Assembly (NCBI GenBank): GCA_049999805.1
Contig: JBNGIO010006373.1
Location: 160,231-189,149 of the forward strand
DNA length: 28,919 nt
From: Folioceros fuciformis
Lineage: Eukaryota
Direction: 5' to 3'
The notes beneath the pieces are model-generated. The model was given only the letters and a program-made list of their open reading frames with translations. It had not been told where the DNA came from and made no database searches. The number at the start of each line of letters is the position of its first letter. Position 1 is the first letter of the stretch. The position numbers and the translations under genes are program-made. Positions 10,732-20,016 of the stretch are shown piece by piece.

Positions 10732-13461
10732 TTGCAGTCCACGGCTGTCTGCAGCGTTGCAATCGAGTCACGGAGAGGGCAACAGGATCGGCTACGGGGA
10801 CAGGTTTTCGGGACCCTGCGTGGTGGTGGTTTACCATGTCTTAAAGGAAAAGCTTCTTCAGCTCGCTTGGCCTCAAGAAACCAACCGTTGGCAAACAAAG
10901 GAGTCACCAGGAGCAGCACCTGTGCAACACAGCCTCGGCCTATGCGATGTGTGGCTGCTCTGCATATGCAGATAGGTTGTAGCTCACCTGCAGAAAACGG
11001 AATGGGCATAACTTCTGAGACCGTAAGCAAGCTATGTCAGCAGGGCCAGCTCAGTCAGGCTGTCGAGGCTCTGGGAGTCCTGGTGCACGTAGACAGTTAT
11101 ATACCCAAAGCTGTCTTCTATACGGTTCTCAAAGGGTGTTTAGCTCAAAATGATGGACCTCTGGGACGCCGTGTTCATGCTCTCAGCGTGAAGAAAGGGC
11201 TTGAGTCGGACACGTTCTTGTGCAATCACTTCCTGCGGATGTACGCTTCTCATGCCAGGCTACAAGAAGCGGTGGATGTGTTTTACATGGTTGCCACACC
11301 CGATGCTTTCATGTGGTCTTCTATCATTTCTGCGCATGTGAAGCATGGCCAATATGCACAGGCCATACAACTGTATCATGGGATGCGCAGATCTGGTGTG
11401 AAACCAGATGGCCATGTGTTCGTAGCAGCACTTCAAGCTTGTGCAAAGGGCGCAGATTTGATATCTGGGCAGAAGGTGCATGCTGATTTTTTGGATAGTG
11501 ACGTTGAACGTGATATGTTTATTTGTAGTTGCTTGGTGGACATGTATTCAAAATGCGGCAGCTTGGATGCAGCGAGAAGAGTGTTTGACGGGCTTGTTCA
11601 GAAAAATGTGGTAACTTGGAATGCCATGATCTCAGGATATTCCCAGCAGGGCATGGGTCAGGAAGCCCTTTGCCTTTACCGTGCTATGCAAGAAGAGGGA
11701 ATAGTTGCACCCAATTCTGTCACATTCGCATGCGTGCTGCAGGGATGTGCAAGTGTGGGTGTCTCGGCTTTGGGAACGGGGATGCAGATTCATGCTCAAA
11801 TCAGGGAAGAAGGGCTCGAAGCTCATGTATTTGTAGCCAGCAGTTTGGTAAACATGTATGCAAAGTGTGGCAGTTTGGAAGACGCTGAAAGAGTGTTCAA
11901 CGGACTTGACAAGAAAAATGTGGTGACGTGGAGTGCCATGATAGCAGGATATTCCCAGCAAGGCAAGGGACCGGAAGCCCTTGGTCTTTATAGTGCTATG
12001 CAAGATGAAGGGCTTGTTGCACCCGATTCTGTGACATTTGTGTCCCTGTTGCAGGCATGTTCAAGTGTGGGCGCTCCTGCTTTGGACATTGGAAAGCAAA
12101 TGCATGCACAGATGAGGGAACGAGGTTTTCAGGACGATGTTTTTGCAGCCAACAGCTTGGTAAACATGTATGCCAAGTGTGGAAGCATAGAGGATGCTCA
12201 GCGTGTGTTTGGTAGGCTTGGCCAAAAGAATGTAGTCTCGTGGAATGCCATGATAGGAGGTTACTCCCAGCAGGGTATGGGGCACGAAGCCCTTCGTCTT
12301 TACAGGGCTATGCTGGATGAAGGCATTTGTGCACCGGATTCTGTGACGTTTGTATCCCTCCTGCAGGCATGTGCAGGAATTGGAAACGCAGCTTTGGAGG
12401 AGGGAAAGCAGCTTCATGCACAAATCAAAGATAGTGGGCTTCAGGCTAATGTGTTTGTAGCTAATAGCTTAGTCAACATGTATGCAAAATGTGGTAGCCT
12501 GGAGGATGCCCAGGTTGTGTTCACTGTCCTTGGTCAAAAGGATGTGGTGACATGGAATGCCATGATAGCTGGGTATTCCCAGCAGGGCTTGGGGCAGGAC
12601 GCCCTTCGTCTATACAGGGCTATGGAAGAAGAGGGCTTGGCTGCACCTGATTCTGTGACTTTTGTCTCCCTCCTGCAGGCATGTGCAAACGTGGCAGCTT
12701 TGCACCTGGGAAAGCAGCTTCATGCACAGGTAAAACAAGAGGAGCTTCAGGCTGATGTTCTTGTAGCCGGCAGTTTGATAAACATGTACGGAAAGTGCGG
12801 TAGCATGGCTGATGCGCAGCAGGTGTTTGACGGATTACCTAGAAGAGACATGGTCGCCTGGAGCGCACTGATAGCAGGATATACGCGTCAAGGGGACAGT
12901 AACAAGGTCTTTGACTTAGTTCGCAGAATGCGCGAGGATGGTGTACAGCCAGACGGCATCACTTTCCTCAGTGCATTAACAGTCTGCGGCCACACGGGCC
13001 TGGTGAGCGAGGGGCGAGAGTACTTTGAGGTTATGAGCAGACAGTACAACATCATTCCTAGTCCGGACCACTACTCATGCATGGTGGGTCTCCTGGCTCG
13101 TGCAGGACTACTGGACGAGGCACTAGCTTTAGTAAAGACAATGCCTGTCCAGCCTACTGCTGCAGTTTGGCACACTTTGCTGGGTGCTTGTCAGAAGTGG
13201 AGCAACGTGGAGTTGGGACGCTTTGCTTTTGAGGAAACCGTGAAGCTGGCCAAAACAGATCCCGCAGCATATGTGTTGATGTCGAACATATATATCAGTG
13301 CCCAGATGTGGGAGGAAGCACGGGAAGTGCAGGCGAGGAGAATAGAAATTGGGGCATGGAAGCAGCCAGGACAGAGCTGGTGGGCAGACATGGATGGACT
13401 GGTGCACAGTTTTTTGGTGGGGGAGAAGATCCGTTCCGGGAGCGAATCGAAGGTGAATTAA
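10732..13461 (+). CDS. PLS-class PPR protein 1: 20 PPR motifs + E1 + E2 + WW-type PG box, no DYW catalytic part (organellar RNA-editing specificity factor)
   Basis: Repeated L/S/P motifs (SVTFVSLLQAC / SSLVNMYAKCGS / VVTWNAMIAGY), terminal P2-L2-S2, E1 AAVWHTLLGACQKWSNVELG, then QPGQSWWADMDGLVHSFLVG and stop. Start uncertain: the ORF begins at TTG 10732 and the first in-frame ATG is 10942. Confidence 0.95.
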   Translation: MQSTAVCSVAIESRRGQQDRLRGQVFGTLRGGGLPCLKGKASSARLASRNQPLANKGVTRSSTCATQPRPMRCVAALHMQIGCSSPAENGMGITSETVSKLCQQGQLSQAVEALGVLVHVDSYIPKAVFYTVLKGCLAQNDGPLGRRVHALSVKKGLESDTFLCNHFLRMYASHARLQEAVDVFYMVATPDAFMWSSIISAHVKHGQYAQAIQLYHGMRRSGVKPDGHVFVAALQACAKGADLISGQKVHADFLDSDVERDMFICSCLVDMYSKCGSLDAARRVFDGLVQKNVVTWNAMISGYSQQGMGQEALCLYRAMQEEGIVAPNSVTFACVLQGCASVGVSALGTGMQIHAQIREEGLEAHVFVASSLVNMYAKCGSLEDAERVFNGLDKKNVVTWSAMIAGYSQQGKGPEALGLYSAMQDEGLVAPDSVTFVSLLQACSSVGAPALDIGKQMHAQMRERGFQDDVFAANSLVNMYAKCGSIEDAQRVFGRLGQKNVVSWNAMIGGYSQQGMGHEALRLYRAMLDEGICAPDSVTFVSLLQACAGIGNAALEEGKQLHAQIKDSGLQANVFVANSLVNMYAKCGSLEDAQVVFTVLGQKDVVTWNAMIAGYSQQGLGQDALRLYRAMEEEGLAAPDSVTFVSLLQACANVAALHLGKQLHAQVKQEELQADVLVAGSLINMYGKCGSMADAQQVFDGLPRRDMVAWSALIAGYTRQGDSNKVFDLVRRMREDGVQPDGITFLSALTVCGHTGLVSEGREYFEVMSRQYNIIPSPDHYSCMVGLLARAGLLDEALALVKTMPVQPTAAVWHTLLGACQKWSNVELGRFAFEETVKLAKTDPAAYVLMSNIYISAQMWEEAREVQARRIEIGAWKQPGQSWWADMDGLVHSFLVGEKIRSGSESKVN

Positions 13462-13805
13462 GTCATGAAGGATACGGGCCACATCGGGACTCCTCACTGG
13501 CCACTATATCTGACTGGATAGCGCTCGCGCCTGCGATGGCTGGTTGCTGACGGATGTCTAGGAGCTGGGCAAATATCCAATGTTTATGTGCGGCTGAATC
13601 TCGCTCCTCATTTCTCCGGACTTCAGGCAAGTTCTACATCGGTTGCCTGGTTCGGAGGCTCAGGCTGTTCTTGTACGATCCCGTCGCTGGAGGGTTGCAA
13701 TTGAATCACACCGAGGCATAGGAGATCCTAGACATTTTGTGCGGACGCGACAAAGCGCACACAAACTAGGAGGACGACAAGCCTCCACTTCAAGGGAGCA
13801 ACGAT

Positions 13806-16115
13806 GTGCGAAACAGAAATGCCCCGAGGGGCAGCTGCTTCTCAAGAAAGCCGGTCTGTGCAGGGGAATGTCCGGCTGTAGACGGATTTCCAGGTGTTCG
13901 CCAGATGCTCTCGTGGCGGCAAGGTGCCGTGGGTCATCGAGCCCCAAGAGTCAACAAGCCTGCAGGATTGGAAAGGGGCGTGACGTCTGGAAGCGTGAGG
14001 AAACTTTGTGAGCTGGAGCAGCTATTTGAGGCCGTGGAGGCTCTGGGAGTTTTGGTGCACAAAGACTGTCCTTGTCCGAACTCGCTATTTTATGCCGTCC
14101 TGAAAGAATGTGCGGCGAAGAAAGATCTGGCTCTGGGTCGCCGTGTGCATGCCCTCAGTGTGAAGAAGGGGTACGAGTCGGACACGTTCTTGTGCAACCA
14201 TTTCCTGCGGATGTATGCGTCTCATGCCAGAATGCAGGAAGTCATGGACGTCTTCACGTCAGTTGCCCATCCAGATGCCTTCATGTGGTCTTCCATAATT
14301 TCGGCACATGTCGAACGCGGTCAAAGTGAGCAGGCTTTACAGCTATATCATCGCATGCGCAGCTCGAGTGTGAAGCCTGACGGGCACGTCTTCGTATCAG
14401 CGCTTCGGGCTTGTGCATCGGCAGCGGACTTGGAATCTGGGCAGCTGGTGCATGCTGATGTGTTGGCTTATGGGCTTGAGAGCGATACATTTGTTTGTAG
14501 TTCTTTGATAGACATGTATGCAAAGTGCGGCAGCTTGCTCGACGCTCGAAGATTGTTTGATGGGGTTGCTGAGAAGAATGTGGTGACATGGAATGCCTTG
14601 ATTTCTGGATATTCCCACCAGGGCATGGGTCAGGAATCCCTTCATCTTTATGGTGCTATGCAGGAAGAAGGCATAGCTGCACCCACTTCGGTTACATTTG
14701 CGTGCCTCTTGCAGGCATGTGCAAGTCTGGGCCCTGCGGCTTTGGAGAAGGGAAAGGAGCTCCATGCTCAAATTAGAGAACGAGCACTTGAAACCAATGT
14801 GTTTGTAGCCAGCAGTCTAGTGAACATGTATGCAAAATGTGGCAGTTTGGAGGACGCCGAACGGGTGTTTCATGGCCTTGGTCAGAAAAATGTAGTGGCG
14901 TGGAGTGCCATGATAGCAGCATACTCGCAGCGGTGTATGGGGCAGGAAGCCCTTGGTGTTTACAGTGCGATGCAAGAAGACGGCATTGTTACACCCGATT
15001 CTGTAATTTTTGTGTTCCTCCTGCAGGCATGTGCAAGTCTCGGTACACCGGGTTTGGGGAAGGGGAGGCAGCTTCACGCACAAATAAGAGAGCTGCGGCT
15101 TCAGGCTGATACGTTTGTAGCCAACGGCCTGGTGAACATGTATGCAAAGTGCGGCAGCATAGAAGACGCTGAAGCAGTGTTTGGCAGTCTTCATGAAAGG
15201 AATGTGGTGTCATGGAATGCCATGATAGCCGGTTACTGTCAGGAGGGCAAGGGGCAGGAGGCCCTCGGTCTTTACCGTGCCATGCAAGAAGGAGGTTTGT
15301 TTGCACCTGATTCCGTGACATTTGTCTCCCTGTTGCAGGCATGTGCAGATGTGGCAGCTTTGGGGCTTGGAATGCAACTTCATACACGGATTAAAGACCA
15401 GGGGCTTCAGACTGATGCGGTTGTAGCCCGGAGTCTGATACATATGTACGGAAAGTGCGGAAGCATGGTTGATGCCCAAGAGGTGTTTGAGGCATTGGCA
15501 GAGAGAGATGTGGTGGCCTGGAATGCTCTGATTGCAGGATACCATCGACAGGGAGACTGCGAGCACGTCTTTGACTTGTTCCTCAGAATGACAGACGATG
15601 GCATACAGCCAGATGGTATCACATTCCTCAGCGTCCTTCCAGTATGCAGTTATGCAGGTCTCGTGAACAAAGGGCAAGAGTACTTCGAAGCTATGAGCAC
15701 ACACTACAGCATACCTCCCACAGTGGACCACTACTGCTGCATGGTGGATCTCCTGGGTCGTGCAGGAGAAGTGGAGGAGGCACTAGCCTTAGTGAGAACA
15801 ATGCCAGTACCGCCGAACACCTTGATTTGGCACACACTACTAGGTGCTTGTCGAAAGTGGAGCAACGTGGAGGTGGGACGTCATGCTTTCGAAGAAGCAA
15901 CGAAAATGGACAAGAAAAATGCTGCAGCGTATGTGTTAATGGCGAACATATACGCTGGTGCCCAGATGTGGGAGGGAGCTCAGCAGATTCACGCAATGAG
16001 AATAGGAGTCGGAGCTTGGAAGCAGCCAGGCCGGAGCTGGTGGACAGACATGGACGGAACTGTGCATACTTTTCTGGTTAGGGATAAGCAGGAGCCACCC
16101 AGTGTCGAAAGCTAA
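13806..16115 (+). CDS. PLS-class PPR protein 2: 17 PPR motifs + E1 + E2 + WW-type PG box, no DYW catalytic part
   Basis: Paralogue of PPR1 with one fewer L-S-P triplet; ends QPGRSWWTDMDGTVHTFLVRDK. The ORF begins at GTG and the first in-frame ATG is 13905. The upstream leader is frameshifted relative to PPR1. Confidence 0.92.
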   Translation: MRNRNAPRGSCFSRKPVCAGECPAVDGFPGVRQMLSWRQGAVGHRAPRVNKPAGLERGVTSGSVRKLCELEQLFEAVEALGVLVHKDCPCPNSLFYAVLKECAAKKDLALGRRVHALSVKKGYESDTFLCNHFLRMYASHARMQEVMDVFTSVAHPDAFMWSSIISAHVERGQSEQALQLYHRMRSSSVKPDGHVFVSALRACASAADLESGQLVHADVLAYGLESDTFVCSSLIDMYAKCGSLLDARRLFDGVAEKNVVTWNALISGYSHQGMGQESLHLYGAMQEEGIAAPTSVTFACLLQACASLGPAALEKGKELHAQIRERALETNVFVASSLVNMYAKCGSLEDAERVFHGLGQKNVVAWSAMIAAYSQRCMGQEALGVYSAMQEDGIVTPDSVIFVFLLQACASLGTPGLGKGRQLHAQIRELRLQADTFVANGLVNMYAKCGSIEDAEAVFGSLHERNVVSWNAMIAGYCQEGKGQEALGLYRAMQEGGLFAPDSVTFVSLLQACADVAALGLGMQLHTRIKDQGLQTDAVVARSLIHMYGKCGSMVDAQEVFEALAERDVVAWNALIAGYHRQGDCEHVFDLFLRMTDDGIQPDGITFLSVLPVCSYAGLVNKGQEYFEAMSTHYSIPPTVDHYCCMVDLLGRAGEVEEALALVRTMPVPPNTLIWHTLLGACRKWSNVEVGRHAFEEATKMDKKNAAAYVLMANIYAGAQMWEGAQQIHAMRIGVGAWKQPGRSWWTDMDGTVHTFLVRDKQEPPSVES

Positions 16116-16219
16116 GCTGTTTCTGCAAGGCAAAAAGTGTGTGTCATGCAGGACAGTCGTCGCAGAAAGAAGTCAAAATCGGATTGTCACGATATGACCC
16201 GACCTCCGCGCCTCCTGCC

Positions 16220-16399
16220 ATGTCGGAGTCCTTGCACGGCTGCGTGGAGTTCCGGCTGGCCATGGGGTCCGGGGAGCGCGTCCTAGGGCTGCGGATCGGC
16301 ACCCCAAGCAGGCTCCCTGCCCTGACTGTGCTCACCGGCAGCTTCCTGAAGTGGCTCCAGCAATCCTTGCAAAGACTTTATTCACGAGCAGGAGTTTAG
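16220..16399 (+). CDS. Possible 59-aa small ORF or captured exon fragment of unknown family
   Basis: GCCATG start; 43 of the first 47 codons end in G/C, unlike the flanking PPR genes. No motif recognised. Confidence 0.3.
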   Translation: MSESLHGCVEFRLAMGSGERVLGLRIGTPSRLPALTVLTGSFLKWLQQSLQRLYSRAGV

Positions 16400-17112
16400 A
16401 GACCGGACTAAATAGAAGCTGGAGTTCCTGTTCTCGTCTCTGGCTGCGATTGCCGTCCAAACATTCTGGTTACGTTGTCTCACTGCTCTGCTCTGCTCTG
16501 GGTATGAAAGGTTTAGGGTTCAGCAGGTGAGCCACCCACGACGACTAACCAGTAGAGCCCACCAAACTCATTGTTATGACTTGTTGAATAATTATATATA
16601 ATAATGTTGCATAGATTGTAGTTCTCAACAAGTTCGTTGTGGATGCAGCTCATCATCATGGTGCCTTTCTACCTGTCGGCGATCCCAAGTTCTCGTGCAC
16701 GGTGACGGGACTTCGGCGTGCTTGGTGGTTGATCTATTTCAGTTTCGAATGCTCTCAGAACTTGGAATGGATGTGGTTGCATGGAGCAAGGCATGGAGCA
16801 TGGAGTCCTCCATCTTCACCTTCATATGTTTACGGATGGAGGAGGAGTGGTGGCCTTCAATGCTGCGACCTGTGTGTGCCTTCTGTGGGAATGGGCACAC
16901 ACCGGTTCCTTGGTTGGTGAAGTCCAGCTGAAGCGAAGCAAGTCCTTCTCCAGCATGGACTGGTCACTGGCAGACATGCTGGAGCATGGAAGGGGATGTC
17001 GTCTGTCTGTCCAAGGGAAGAAGCTTACTGTGGGATGTGCCCTACGCTCCATACTCTTGGTGAAAGACGTGCCGGTCTTGGTTGATTGCCTCTTTTGTGC
17101 CGCCTACCTGCC

Positions 17113-19605
17113 ATGGCTGTCCGGAGGTTGAGAGGTAGTCTTGGACGAACCTCGGTTTATCCGGTTTCGAAGAAGCAAGAGTTGGCTCAAACCAGAAAGG
17201 CAGCCAATGCTAGAGATGGATCCTCCAGCAAGGGTGGTTGCCAGGAGCCGCCGTGCCGACAGTTGTATGAGGAGATCACACGTCGGTGGGATGACAGGCA
17301 ACGAAAGAAGAAACCCCGTTCGGTAATTGGTTTCTCGCATCTGGAGTCCCTGGGGGTTCGTCAGGCGGACGTGCAGATGGGTACTCCGTGTGTGGAGAAT
17401 GGCCGTTGTGCCCCTTCACCACCCACATGGAGCGTGCCGTATGATGGTTCTGGGACTCGTGGGCCTGCGGGATACGGGATGGGCGTGGCTGATAATTCGG
17501 TGAGCCAATTGTGTCGGCGGGGGCAGCTCTCTGAGGCCGTTCAGGCCCTTGAAGCTCTGGTGCTCATGGACTGTCGCATTTCGAAATCCGTGTTTTACAC
17601 TGTCATCAAAGAATGTGCTGCGAGGAAGGATCTGCTTTTGGGTCGCCGTGTGCATGCTCTCAGCGTGAAAACAGGGTATGGGTCGGACACGTTCTTGTGC
17701 AATCATGTCCTGCGGATGTACGCTTCTCTTGGTCGGCTGCAAGAAGCCGTGGATGTGTTCAATGGGGTCACCGAACCGGATGCATTCACCTGGTCTGCCA
17801 TGATATCTGCACAGGTTCAGTATGGACAAGATAAGCATGCCGTACAACTGTATCGTCGTATGCGGTTGTCAAGTACGAAGCCTGATGGGCATGTGTTTGT
17901 AGCAGCGCTTCAGGCTTGTGCAAAGGGATCAGACTTGAAGTCTGGGCAGCTGGTGCATGCTGATGTGCTGGCTAGTAGCGTGCAGCCAAGTATGTTTGTG
18001 TGGAATTGCCTGGTGGACATGTATGCAAAATGTGGCAGCTTGGAAGAGGGGCAGAGAGTGTTTGACGGACTTGGTGAGAAGGATGTGGTGACATGGAGTG
18101 CATTGATAGCAGGATATTCCCAGCAGGGAATGGGGCATGAAGCTCTTCGTCTCTACAGGGTGATGCAAGAAGAAGGCACGGTGGCACCCAATTCTGTGAC
18201 GTTTGTGTGCCTCCTGCAGGCATGCGCTAGTGTGGGTTCCACAGCTTTGGAAAAGGGGAGGCAGCTGCATGCACAAATCAAAGAACTAGGACTCCAAGGT
18301 CGTGAAAACATATCTAGCAGTTTGGTAAACATGTACGTGAAGTGTGGCAGCTTGGAAGAATCTCGAACAGTCTTTGGCGAACTTTCCCAGAAAGATGTGG
18401 TTACTTGGAGCACCATGATAACAGGATATTCGCGGCAGGGAATGGGGCAAGAAGCTCTTAGTCTTTATACTTCGATGCAAGAAGACGGGATAACTGCACC
18501 CGATTCTGTGACATTCTTGTGCCTCCTGCAGGCTTGTGCAAGTGTGGGCACTCCAGCCTTAGAGAAAGGGATGCAGCTTCATGCACAAATAAATGCACAA
18601 GGGCTTCAAGGTGATGAGGCTGTAGCCAGCGCTCTAGTAAACATGTACGCAAAGTGTGGCAGCCTTGAGGATGCGAAGGGTGTTTTTAATCTACTTGATA
18701 AAAAGAATGTAGTGACATGGACCGCACTGATAGCAGGATATTCTCAGCAGGGCATGGGTCAGGAAGCTCTTCGGCTCTACCTTGCTATGCTGGAAGAGGG
18801 CAACGCCGTACCTGATTCTGTTACTTTTGCATGCCTCCTGCAGGTATGTGCGAACGTGGCAGCTCTGCATTTAGGAAAGCGGCTTCATGAACAGGTTAGA
18901 GAACAAGGACTTCAAGCTGACGACGTCGTAGCCAGCAGCTTGATAAACATGTATGGAAAGTGCGGTAGCATGGTTGATGCACAGCAGGTGTTTGATGCAC
19001 TGCCTAAGGCCAATGGGGTAACCTGGACTGCTCTCATTGCTGGATATACTTATCAGGGACACAGTGAGATGGTGTTTGAATTGGTTCGAAGAATGAGGGA
19101 GGAGGGAGTACAGCCAGACACGGTCACATTCCTCAGTGTTCTTACAGTATGCAGTCATACTGGTCTAGTGGCCAAGGGACGAGAGTATTTTGAGGCTATG
19201 AGCAAACAGTATGGCATCACACCCGAGGTAGACCACTATACGTGCATGGTGGACCTCCTGGGCCGTGCAGGCCAACTAGACAAAGCACTAACTTTGGTCA
19301 CAACTATGCCTGTACTGCCCAATGCTTCTGTGTGGCACGCTCTCTTGGGAGCTTGTCAAAAGTGGGGGAACGTAGAGGTGGGACGACACGCGTTCAACGA
19401 AGCAGTAAAGCTGGACAAGAAAGATGCCGTAGCATACGTGTTATTGTCGAACATCTACTCTGGTGCCCAGATGTGGGAGCAGGCACAGGAGACACAGGCC
19501 AGAAGAAAAGGGGTTGGGGCTTGGAAGCAGCCAGGGCAGAGCTGGTGGGCGGACATGGACGGACTGGTGCATGATTTTCAGGTTGCCGGTTACGTACTTT
19601 CGTGA
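17113..19605 (+). CDS. PLS-class PPR protein 3: 17 PPR motifs + E1 + E2 + WW-type PG box, no DYW catalytic part
   Basis: GCCATGG start with an Arg/Ser-rich N-terminus (MAVRRLRGSLGRTS, organelle-targeting-like). Same motif architecture as PPR2; ends QPGQSWWADMDGLVHDFQVAGYVLS. Confidence 0.95.
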   Translation: MAVRRLRGSLGRTSVYPVSKKQELAQTRKAANARDGSSSKGGCQEPPCRQLYEEITRRWDDRQRKKKPRSVIGFSHLESLGVRQADVQMGTPCVENGRCAPSPPTWSVPYDGSGTRGPAGYGMGVADNSVSQLCRRGQLSEAVQALEALVLMDCRISKSVFYTVIKECAARKDLLLGRRVHALSVKTGYGSDTFLCNHVLRMYASLGRLQEAVDVFNGVTEPDAFTWSAMISAQVQYGQDKHAVQLYRRMRLSSTKPDGHVFVAALQACAKGSDLKSGQLVHADVLASSVQPSMFVWNCLVDMYAKCGSLEEGQRVFDGLGEKDVVTWSALIAGYSQQGMGHEALRLYRVMQEEGTVAPNSVTFVCLLQACASVGSTALEKGRQLHAQIKELGLQGRENISSSLVNMYVKCGSLEESRTVFGELSQKDVVTWSTMITGYSRQGMGQEALSLYTSMQEDGITAPDSVTFLCLLQACASVGTPALEKGMQLHAQINAQGLQGDEAVASALVNMYAKCGSLEDAKGVFNLLDKKNVVTWTALIAGYSQQGMGQEALRLYLAMLEEGNAVPDSVTFACLLQVCANVAALHLGKRLHEQVREQGLQADDVVASSLINMYGKCGSMVDAQQVFDALPKANGVTWTALIAGYTYQGHSEMVFELVRRMREEGVQPDTVTFLSVLTVCSHTGLVAKGREYFEAMSKQYGITPEVDHYTCMVDLLGRAGQLDKALTLVTTMPVLPNASVWHALLGACQKWGNVEVGRHAFNEAVKLDKKDAVAYVLLSNIYSGAQMWEQAQETQARRKGVGAWKQPGQSWWADMDGLVHDFQVAGYVLS

Positions 19606-20016
19606 ACAAATCAAAGCCGAGACAGTGGTTCTAAGGTGCATCAGGGCCGAAAGAGGGAGTCTCGAAGGTGCAGTACCAAGACATGTACTGTTTGTCGTGC
19701 ACGAGCTTTCACACGCATGCCAGATGGCCAAGACTGCGGCCACTAGGTTTCCGGGACATCCACCATCGGCAACCCTAGCGTGTACGAGATGCGTTCCATC
19801 TGAGGTTGTGCATCCAAAATTAAATAAGAAGCCCCGATTCGAAATAAATATGCCCTGAGGAAACCTGAGCGATATTCCCCTGCGGAGAGTGCTGTATATG
19901 GTCAACTTTCGGTCCGAGCACCTCAGTCGTTTTAGGTGTGTACATACCTGGTTAACGTGGTCTGCATCGGATCCCGTCGGAGCGTTTCGGTAGGGTTGAG
20001 CTGGGAATGTCAAGAG

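Noticed and set aside
16640-17080. Fragments faintly resembling an F-box C-terminus (WSKAWSMESSIF, GVVAFNA)
   Set aside because: Similarity too weak to support by eye; it would need a profile search.
19590-19858. Possible frameshifted DYW remnant after PPR3 (HELSH...CTRC in another frame; AGYV at the PPR3 end)
   Set aside because: No HxE(K/R)LA, KNLR or terminal DYW-like motif, and no similar sequence after PPR1 or PPR2; probably chance.
19770-20000. Telo-box-like motifs (AACCCTAG, TAGGGTT) upstream of WRAP53
   Set aside because: Not exact AAACCCTA matches; short motifs like these are expected by chance.
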